Source of the DNA: Auanema rhodensis
Taxonomy: Eukaryota; Animalia; Nematoda
Assembly: GCA_964057225.1 (NCBI GenBank)
Contig: OZ059895.1
Span: 7,192,001-7,256,000 of the forward strand
Length of the DNA stretch: 64,000 nt
Direction: 5' to 3'
Shown: positions 23,783 to 39,300 of the stretch, piece by piece
Numbering within the stretch: position 1 is the stretch's first letter
Layout of the letters: the number at the start of each line of letters is the position of its first letter
Notes under the pieces: generated by a model
The model's input: only the letters and a program-made list of their open reading frames with translations
Database searches by the model: none
What the model was told of the DNA's origin: nothing
Translations under genes and position numbers: made by a program

Positions 23783-25594
23783 AAATAATATCTAGAAACC
23801 TTTTAGTTTTATGCAAGTTTCCAATATTTCGCTCCCTTCCCTCCCGTGTTTTTCATCTAATTTCATATTCATTGGGGTTTTCCTACATTTACTTATGTAT
23901 ATCCAGTATTATTCCACTAAGATTAAAGAGAGTTGTAACTTCTTTTGTTACTGTAAGTAAATTATATAAACTTTATCAGAAAGTTTGAGAAAGTCTTTCT
24001 TTTTTCTGTTTTTTATTTATGTAAATAGTAGTTTTCAATATTTTTCTCTTTATTCTTATGTTTATTTCAATCTAAATTATTATTTATTATTATAAAAATC
24101 TTATTATATATTGTATTTGCAAAATATGTTTAAAATAAATTATTTTCTTATAAATAAAATTTATTCTTCCTTATAGTATTATGTTACTTTCTCATAAAAT
24201 TAAAGAAAAAAAAAGCTGTTTTGTATTGAAAACAATCTCAAAACGATAATTTAACATAAATTATACACATGTTATAACTTATATAAAGTTTTGTTTATTT
24301 TATTTATTATATAATTAATAAAAATATTATATTTAATACAACTTATATATATAAAAAATATTAAAAAATATGATATTCATGGTTCGATGGTAAGAAAGTC
24401 TTTAACTTCCTCTACTCAGTAGATGAAACATGCAACGAACTTGACTTGCAAGCATGTTAGTTCCTGATTTGAATGAATAATTAAAGAATTTATATATATT
24501 TACAGTCCTGTGCGATGAAAGTCGGACGCCCCTATGTTAGAGGCCCCAGAAAACCCCTTCAAACTACAAAAAAAAAATTTTAATTTCATTTTGCGAGTTT
24601 AAATAGTTTATATTAAATCAGAATATATGTTAATATAACTAAAACTGATTTTAATATTATTTTTCTAAATTTATAAGGAAAAATAGTGTTTTTTGAATAT
24701 TTTGAATAATCCTTTTTGATTTAACAAATTTTGAGATTAGGAAAGAAGTTAATTCATTAAAAATGTTTTAAAATGATTCTAAGCACTCAATCAATAACAA
24801 AGTTTTTGTCTGCAACATAGCTTCAAGCAAGTAAGCTTCAACATCTGAATCTTACTGAATATCTATGAAGAGAACTTGGTTGACGTGCAAACAAATTATG
24901 TACGTACATACATACATATGTGTATATAAAAAAAAAGAACAACGATGATACTATAAGGACAATACTACAATGACTAACTATATACGTAATACCTTAACTA
25001 TTGAACCTGTTCTTGATAAATATATAAGAAAAGATAAACAATTATAAACTATAATATAAAGTATTTGATGATGTCATAGATGTCAATGATGATGATGAAT
25101 GTGCTGACAAGGATGATGACAATGAATTAAGAAAACTATATTTTTAAACAAATAGTTAATGAATTCTTCTATACTGTATGAATATACATATATGATATAT
25201 ATTAAGTTAAATATCTGAATTACCAACTGGTATACAAGGACAATTTAGGAAGACAATCAAATGGTTTCAGTTAACTTTATATGGTATAATTGGATTATCG
25301 GATGAATTGCATCAATGTGAAACAATCGATCAACATCATTTCTTGGTATAAACAAACATACAATTGTGGTTATGTAATAGAAAGGAAAACATAAAAAAAG
25401 TCTTAACTAGATAGTTCTGAAGGTAATAATGTTTCTCAAGATTATGAAGAAAAGATAAAAAGAAAAAGGAGAAAGATGTCTCATCTACACAAAAATAGAG
25501 AAAAGGCGAAGAGAGGAACAACATGAACAAAGCTGGTTCTTTCTCCTCCAGGAATTGTTACTGTTTAGCATAAACCAGATACAGACTAACGGTC

Positions 25595-25601
25595 TATATA
25601 A
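25595..25601 (+). promoter_or_regulatory. TATA box of the collagen gene
   Basis: TATATAA ~25 nt upstream of an Inr-like TCAGT (25620-25624). It is followed by a short non-coding exon and a GTAAG...TTCAG intron (25653-25729) ending 2 nt before the ATG. Confidence 0.7.
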
Positions 25602-25731
25602 GCCTACTGATACCTCATGTCAGTACATTGTCTACTTCTCCTCCAGAATAAGGTAAGCAACATTCATTTCATCTTCAGATGCTTCTGCTCTGACCTTTGC
25701 TCACGATCCTAACTTTCTATTTTCTTCAGAC

Positions 25732-26768
25732 ATGGGAGCTATACAGCATTACTCTATCGTAGGAGCATACATCTTCACCTCCATCATTATTGGAGTCACG
25801 TTCATGATTATCATGGACATCGTTAGTGAAATCAACGAATTCAAAGTCAAGGTTGAGACTGATCTCGATGAGTTCAAGGTAAGGCATTCAATGTCGAAGT
25901 GGTTTACCCAATGCTTTTGTTTTCAGTCTGTTGCCGATGATGCTTGGACTGCTATGATCAGCACTTCTAGAACTGCTCCTCGTGCTCAAATTCTTCCAGT
26001 TGAGAGCCTCTTCCGTTTCCGTCGTGGCAGCTATCACGAAGGACCCATCGGAGGAGGAGGAGGAGAACAGGGAGGACAATGCAATTGTGCTCCAGCAGCT
26101 TCTGGATGTCCTGCTGGACCACCAGGACCTCCAGGACAGCCAGGTTATGATGGAGAACCAGGTGTTCCAGGACAGCCAGGACAATCTGGACAAGGCGGAC
26201 AGACTGCTGATGCTCCAAGCAGTAGCCACGAATGCGTTAAGTGCCCACAAGGACCACCAGGGCCTCCAGGACCAGACGGACCATCAGGATCTCCCGGACC
26301 AGACGGACACCCTGGACAAGATGGACAAGGAGGAGGAGCTGGAACCGCTGGACCACCCGGACCATCAGGACCACCAGGTCCAAATGGAAACCCAGGAGCT
26401 CCAGGATCCGATGGACAACCAGGAGCCCCAGGAGTTCGCCAAAACAACACTCCAGGACCCGCTGGACCACCAGGACCAGCAGGAGGACCAGGACCTAACG
26501 GACCCCCAGCTCCACCTTCAGGTAAAATAATTTTGCTTACTATTCGTCACCAAAAAACATTTTTTCAGGACCAGGATCCCCTGGACCTTCCGGACCACCA
26601 GGAACACCAGGACATCCAGGAACTAACGGACAAGCAGGAGGACCAGGACAACCTGGACCTGATGGACAACCAGGTAGCGATGCTGCTTATTGCCCATGTC
26701 CACCAAGAACTTCCGCTGTCGAGAAGGGCGGAGCAGGCTCATACCGTCGTCGCATTGTCGCCAACTAA
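25732..26768 (+). CDS. Nematode cuticle collagen (Col_cuticle_N + Gly-X-Y), 3 coding exons
   Basis: Exons 25732-25878, 25927-26521, 26569-26768. N-terminal TM/Col_cuticle_N (EFKSVADDAW), furin-type RFRR site, cysteine blocks QCNC...GCPAGPPG and [11 protein letters not shown], Gly-X-Y repeats, C-terminal [16 protein letters not shown] at ~26798 and ~26832. Confidence 0.97.
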
Positions 26769-26977
26769 CACGCCTTCGAAATATGTTTTTAAATTCAATA
26801 AATCAAAAGGAAAATTTTATTATCAATTAATGAATAAAAGTCAATTTGGAAAATAGATTAAATTACTTTATTTCTTATTATAATAATAACAAAATATAAA
26901 AAATATTCAACCAGTAAAGGCAAATAATCTTTTGAAATTCCTTCTTAAACAAAACAAAAACAAACTTTTATTTGGAA

Positions 26978-29046
<2,069 letters not shown>

Positions 29047-29202
29047 TACTTCTTTTTTTTATCGTTTAAAACAAATTCCCCTTTAATCATTCAATATTTA
29101 GTTTCTTAAAATCATTTCTATGTCAATAAGTGGCTAAAAACCATTATAAATATTAAAAAGACAAACAAATAAAAGTGCTTGTTAGAATTAGAAGTTTTTA
29201 TT
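29047..29202 (-). promoter_or_regulatory. Probable operon intercistronic region (polyA signal, U-rich element, trans-splice acceptor)
   Basis: On the - strand: AATAAA at 29202-29197, a U-rich tract at ~29175-29150, candidate acceptors TTTTAAG (~29105) or ATTAAAG (~29081), then the rtcb-1 ATG at 29046. Confidence 0.6.
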
Positions 29203-29661
29203 TGAAAAACGATATAATATAGATGAGCAAATCTCCAAACATATGATGATGGTATGAAAGGAGTATGATGATAATAGAGATGTTCGAACTATATTGTATT
29301 TCAAAATATATAATACAAGGATAAAATTATAGAATCTCTCCTAATCAGTATTGACTAGTATATACAGGAATAAAACATAAAGTTTCATGAAAAAGCAAAG
29401 ATGGTTGAAGGACAAACCCGATTTCTACACATGATTTCTTGTCACTCATTGTAATGAGTATACCTGTTATCTTCTCATAAATATGAGAATATAATAAGAA
29501 AATGAGCCTTACTAATTACTACTATATCACAGTAAAATATACAAATCTTTCTCACTTTTGAACTTTTCAAAATCATAAAATCTAAATGAAATTAAGGCTA
29601 AAACATAAAATTTTCAATTCAAATAGATTTCTCTTACTACTCTCAAATTTCAGTTTTTCAT

Positions 29662-32401
<2,740 letters not shown>

Positions 32402-35026
32402 GCTGAAAAAAATCAATTAGTGAAAAACATCAAACACAGACTTAAAATCAAAAGACTAGACAGAATTTTTTTTATCGAAAACTTCACAAACTCGGCTCAT
32501 TTCTTTTTCATATTCTGAGTTTCATTCTATGGTTTTCATCAGCACTCTGATAACAGTCCAAGAAAAGTTGGAAAATAAACGTATAAGTAGGACAAAAAGA
32601 GACACGGGAAGATAGATAGATAGAGAGAGAAAGAGAGAGAGTGAATGACACTTCACTAAAACATATGGGCAATGACTAATATGGTATATGAGCGTGAGAG
32701 AGAACCGGTAGGTGCTGAATCAAACGTAATAAGCAACAGAGAAACAGAGCGCTTAGGCAAACTTGATGCGTTTCGCGACTAAAACAGCAGCTGGTTGAAG
32801 CTAGTTACGATAGTTGTCGAAGTCTTTTATGGTTATATAATCAAGCATATACACATAACGTATATCATGTAAAGATAGCTTTAACATAAGTGATTGAGTA
32901 TGCTCGTTGATCGTTCAACAAACCATCAATAAAAGCAAACAAGCAAAGATGAAAAGCATAAAGATGATTGCTAGAGAATTATAAGTAGGTAGGAAAGAAA
33001 TGATGAAGAGTGAAGGCAGTAGAAACTACAGATCACGACTGTTCGTTAAAAAAAAAAATACACAATGCTCCATGGGCAAAAGCGCGCTATACTGCTAATC
33101 GAAGGGAAGAACTTATATGAAACAAAGAAAACATGTATAAAAATGTATAAAAATATCAATGACCTATTAATTAATCGAATCGTTAACTTTGTTGATTTTT
33201 AGTCCTAAAATGGCATCATTTAAAATGCGCACGCTTGATATTGGTAGTGACTGGCTATTGAGAGTCTTGTTGAGGGTTCTATTATCCTGCCAACAGACGA
33301 AGTCCAAGAAGACAGTGAAACGAGGTCGTAGTAAACATACAATTATTTTTTCTCCGTTTCTCAATTCTTGTCTCAAAATGGTCATCAATTTCAGAAATGT
33401 ATGAACCAGCCTTTTGCAAGGGAGAAACAGGCAGGTGACAAAAACTAAAAACAATTTTGAAAGTTTACGAACTTGCAGGATATTTCTAAATTTTAAACAC
33501 GAAATAGTGAACAAAAAGTTTTATAAGTAAGTCTAAAATATACTCGAAATGAACTAGCAGATTCAATAGACAAACTTGAGCTTGAAGGACTGATGACTGA
33601 ATATCTGCCCATGTTTAAAAGTTCAAAAAACCGAAAAGAGCAAAAGGAGTAAAACTTGAAAGTTTATTATTGAAAGGAAGGAGAGAGCAGACAAAAAGAT
33701 AGGAAATAAAGAAACTGGACTTCAAACTTCAAGCACAGACCAGTTGTCTCGTGCTTCTCATGAGATTATAGTCCATAGAAGAAGCTCATTTTGAAGATAT
33801 ATAATGAATGAATAACGTATCCGCGTCTTTGTGGCCTTGTTGTAGGCACAAGACCTAGGACAAAGATCTGTACACTTGAATAACACAAGAGGAATATTAG
33901 AGGATGGCAGAGATTTGTGAGGTGTTTAGTGGCTGATCAAAATAACATGCTGACCAGCAGACTTCTGTTTGAAAGATAAACTGACCCAAGTTGAAGACTT
34001 TGGAGAAAGAGTGATAGTTGACCACATTGGCATGTGTTGTTCATCATAATAGGTGGCAGAAAAGCAGAAGGCACACAGGCCAATAGGAGGGACTAACAGA
34101 ATGAAATGGAAGAGATTCTATATGCTTCTGAAAGGAGGAGGACAAGAAGCTATCAAATAGGTCTCCGCCTTCACAATGGCAAATGCGTGCTCGTTTTGGC
34201 CGGAATAAAAGTACATGAAATTTCCAAAACAATGTGTACTTGAGTACATGTAGTTTAATATTTAATCGAAGAGCAAGCAGAACATTTGTATCTCCCATTT
34301 TCTCTTTATTTTTAGACTGAAAGAGTATACGTGAACGAGCAAGAGGTGGTGAGAGGAAGATGGTGGTATACATGTATTTATTTCTAACAAGCTGTAACCA
34401 GCATAACTGAGTTCTTGCACCAATGTACATGAACTAATAAATGCACCAATGTCTGCTGCTCCTTGACGGTGGACAACAACGGCAAGAACGACAACCACGA
34501 TGACAACCATACATCGTTCATGTACCAGGCCTGCCGACAACAACAGCCGTCGGCGCTGTGAACAGAACGAAAGCTTGCTGTGGCAAAAGAGGGAAAGAAT
34601 GTAAGTGCAGAGCTCAAACAACTAAGTTGTTTGACTCAGTACACCACATACATTCAGATGAGCATACATACTCTCAGGCTGATGGAGAAAAAGAAGAAAG
34701 CATAAATAGAAAAGGGAAATGAACAATTGAAGCGAAATATGTGAATTTTGTCCTGAGGGGATAAAATGAGCTAAAAAAAAGAGTGTGGGAAGCAGAGTAA
34801 GAGAAAGAGAGTGTCTGATTTGCTTCGATGTCCTGACAAGATGGACACACAAACAAGTCATCTTGACCTGTGATATAGTGAAGATGATTGGAGGGAATTG
34901 GAGCACAAGCGAATGGGAGCAGTTGGGCTTTGAGGAAAAAATAGAGAAGGATATGGGCAACATGTGTGTATCTGCTTGACACAATAAACTAAGAGAGGAA
35001 ACGAAAGTAAAGAAGATGATAGTTTA

Positions 35027-35040
35027 GGGGGGGGGGGGGG
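35027..35040 (+). repeat. poly-G tract (G14)
   Basis: 14 consecutive G. Confidence 0.9.
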
Positions 35041-36229
35041 AGGAAGAGAAGAAAATCTTTGGAAAATCAGCTGAAGTTGTTGTTTAGTGGACGATGTGAA
35101 AGCTAGTCTTTTAAGATCCCATTACGAACATGACTCAAACAGATATCATGATGGTGCTGGAGCTTTAAGAAGATGCATAGCTAAACGACATAAAGGATGA
35201 AAGATTATCAGCATTGGCAAGATGTTGACGATTCACAATTCACGGTGTCTGTTTGTAGTTAGGGTAAACGCGGAACCAAAAAAATGCTTTCGAAACAGGA
35301 AAAGCTCAACGATTTTAACATTATTGCAACACTGAACGATCTTCGGAACTTAACAGAAACGAAGGAAATTGAGGCGGCTGATTCATGAATGAAAGTTGTA
35401 AAGTGTAGATGAGGCTTCTGGCTGTGAATCAGAATGTCGAGACATTCAATGGGCTTACGCTGTTTGGGAACGTGTATTTGCCAGTCTTTTCACTTCAAAT
35501 TGCAAAGCAATGCTAAGAGAAAGCAACAGTTAGTAATCGGACTTCGACTGTGAAAGTGAAAATGCGCCGACGTTTTCCAATGAATTGTTACTTTTCCCAT
35601 GAAGAATGCCAGAAAATTGAAATAAAAAAGAAGTGAAGGAAAGGAAAGGGAGTAGTATGTGAAATCACCCTAACATATACTAACGTCCCAAGAAGCTGTC
35701 GGTAAATCAGGAAAATGAGACCGGAAAGACGACAGTGACGATAAGGTGTCGATTATGACGAAGTGGACGAGAAAACAGGACAGAATGAAGGAAAAATGAA
35801 CCAGAACTGCTAGCAAGTGTCATGGAGAACCGTCTACATTCACTACATAACAGGCTAGAACGTCAAAAAGAGAAATGCTATAGTAAACCGGAAGAAAATG
35901 AGTAATAGTAATGAAAAACATGATGAATAAACAAAATCCTTTGTTGGTATATATCAGATCATACAACTTAGTTTGCAGAAAACAATGAGCAACGAATGAT
36001 GGAAACGGATATTAATTATCACAATATGATGTGTATTAGCCAATACTACTTAACAATATTGATGTATCCACGTTGCCATTGAGACAAGAAGCATCACAAA
36101 CCACACGAAGCAATTGTCGATGACATACGAAGGTTGTGGTAGATTGGTGACAGTGGTTGGCTGCGCAAACAGAGAGCCAGCACACACACAGGGGGACACA
36201 CACCCACCCGTACATTCTCAATCTCATTC

Positions 36230-36309
36230 CACAGCTTTCTGTCATCATCTTCGTTCTTGTCGTCGTTGCCCACAGATTTCTGTCATCGTCTTCGGTCTCG
36301 TCGTTGTCC
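36230..36309. repeat. Two-copy imperfect tandem repeat (~40 bp unit)
   Basis: CACAGCTTTCTGTCATCATCTTCGTTCTTGTCGTCGTTGCC followed by CACAGATTTCTGTCATCGTCTTCGGTCTCGTCGTTGTCC. Confidence 0.85.
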
Positions 36310-39300
36310 TCATGTTCGATATACTCGGCGCCGTCAAGTCTATTGACTAGGTGGGCCATCTTCTCGTGTGCGCAATCGTTCCCTTATCGTTTTCCTTGTT
36401 CATCTATTCTTCATCTAGAGCCAAAAACCGGACTCGGCTATATTTGGCCTTTCGTCGTTTTTTCATAAAATTCCTATTTAATTTCTCTGTAGGTGAAATA
36501 GTCTGTTTTGCCTCCAATATTCAAGTCCTCTTTTCTTCTTTTCATCTTAAACACTGGCGATAGCCGCGATCTTCTAGAGCGAGCCGTTTAATGCGCGAGC
36601 TCAAAAGTTTGATGATTATCAAAGCTCTAGCTCAAACTTAATTGTTCACACATTGCCGTCAGAATCATCTGGAAATCATGCCCAATGCTCCATACGATAG
36701 AAGAACAATGAGCATGAAGGAGAAAAACATCGTCTGGCTGTCATCATCCGGCCCATGGTTCAACCGTTGTTTGGTTGACGGCGTCGTTTGGCTGACAGCG
36801 TCGTTTGCATCTCTTCAACCAAATCAGAGTTTCGGCTCCAGATTAAATCGCTATGTCTTTTCCGGTTACATTGAACGTGCATATCTCTCGGTATAGTGCA
36901 TTTTTGCAAGTTTGTGAGCTATGAGCTTTAAGATTCTAACAGAAACAATCAAAAAGGTCAAACACAAAATGGTATGCAGTTTATATGACCCTAAGTTGTA
37001 CTATCATGGATGGAAAAGTTTGAAAGTCAGTCGTTATTCATGAAGAAACTTAATTTATACATTCTGATCATCATTCAAACTGATCTTCATTGGAATCAGG
37101 AGGTTGCAATTGACATACACAAGCAACATTCATGAATATCTAATAGCATACTATACTTCTTCTGCTCATATGCTCTCATATTAGTCTATTAAATTTTTAA
37201 ATTTAATTCATGATTAAATATATCATTAAATATATAAAATAATTAAACAATTATACAAAAAAGAAATGATCGTTAACTAAAATGGTAAAATGATGAAATA
37301 GAATGATGTTTTAAACTGAATGAAGGGAAGTAAGAACACAATCATTGCCATCAGTTGAATGATAATTGGATATAAACTGCCAATTAATGCATTCAGGCAG
37401 CTGACATTCAAAAAAAACTCATTGGTTAGAGAACATTTTTGTCGTAACGCTTGATATTACTCGAGAAAAAATAAAATTTCAAGAATTCATTGATTAAAAT
37501 ATGTGCTACTAGTAATTATTCGACAAATGTAGAAAATAACTTAGATAACTATGCATATATTCGTTATTAGATAAATTAATTTTTATACGATATACTTAAG
37601 TAAATTGAAGAAAAGTACGAAAATAATTGAAAAATATCAAAAAGGGCTAGATCATGAAACCAACAAAATGTATATGTCGATTGGGAGGAATGACGAAATG
37701 GAATGAGAGATATAACGATGAAAGTTAAAAAAAAAAGAGGGAAAGCAGTTGATGAAAACGACAAAAACTAAAGAAAGAAGAGAAGAAGAAACATGAAAAG
37801 TTTGAATGAATGAGTAAAAGAGCGAGAAGCATAGTTAACGATGAAAAGAGAGTAAACCGCTGCTTACGTCTACATAACTAAAAATGAATTTAGTGACGGA
37901 AAAATAAGCGAAATGTATGTTTATCTTGTATAACCAATTAGACTCATTAATATATTTCCTTTATAATTATTAAATATTTTATTAATTTGAATAACATTAA
38001 ATATATAAAATTATTTAATATATTTACATAAAAATCTGTTTTTATAGTTTCAAAATATGAACATATATCATCACGCATATGACGTAAAGTAAATTGCATG
38101 TAAAAGACACTAAAGATTATATTGTCAAAAGATGAAGAATATGAAATAGAGAGAAAATGAAGGAGAAAGAGGGAGAGAGAAAGAGTAGCATGTGAGAAAG
38201 AAAATATTGGTACTATTCCAAGTGAATGATTGGGAGAGAATTGAGTGTTCTTCAAGTACTATACTTCTTTCATCTACTTTTCCAATTTCACTTTAGCCTT
38301 ACCTACTTTCCTACTTTACTCTTAAACCTTTTTCTCTCTCACTCCCTCACTCTCTCTTCAAGCTCTCTTTTTCTCTTTTTCTCTCTCTCTTTCTCTTTCT
38401 CTCTCTTTTTATTTTTAATTCTTAAATACATTTTATCATATTATCATTTTCATCAATTCTATCTTTAACACAAACAAAAACTATATTTAATGAAAAATAA
38501 AAAAGAAAGTTTTTAATAAACTATATACATTTATATGAAAAATAAGTGAAAAGCATTTCTATTTTTCTCTATATTTATAACCACCACATGATTCTATGCT
38601 ATGCTATAATCATCAATAATCTCTTTCGCCCTGGGAGTCCTTGAATGCTAGACGGACGATGTAGAAAAAGAAAAAGTATATTACATTGAGCAAAGAAAAA
38701 CGTATCACAAGTGCAAGTTTCGTTGGTTTTTTTTCAAGAAATCAACTTTTCTTTTTCCACACATAAGTACATAAAGTTTGTTGACAGCAAAGTTTTCAAT
38801 TTCAGTTTCTTATTGCAAATGGTGAAAATAAAAGATAACATTCAAGGTATGGGCAAGTAGTTTTTGTTTGTAAAGAACGAAATTAAAAAAAAAATGAAAA
38901 AAGCACGAAGATCGAGAAATTTAGTTTCTAGGAAAAGTATCACCCTGATCGGAACTTTCAGCATCGGATTAAGCGGCACGCAAAATAGGTCCCGTTTCTC
39001 TCGACTGAATGTCCGGAACAGCTTATTTACTTTTCGACTCACATTTTTCGTATAAAAAAAATTCTATTTTCTTTGTATTTTTGCACTTAAGTAAAAGGTT
39101 TTTAAATAAAATTAAAAAGATTAAGAATAAGTTGAAAAAAAGGCCAATTGTATTGCGAACATGAAAAGAAAATTGTTTAAAATTAAAAGCTTTTCATGAC
39201 AATTGCTGCTTTTTCATTCAATTTTGTTCGGATATTTGTCAACAAAAAATCTTTTGAAGCTCTTTGATACAGGAAGGATTTAGACCTTTCCGGTCAGAAA

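Noticed and set aside
25888-26530. Overlapping ORFs on both strands across the collagen
   Set aside because: Shadow frames of GGA-CCA-rich Gly-X-Y codons.
35215-35237. TGGCAAGATGTTGACGATTCAC, resembling miR-73
   Set aside because: No complementary arm on either side.
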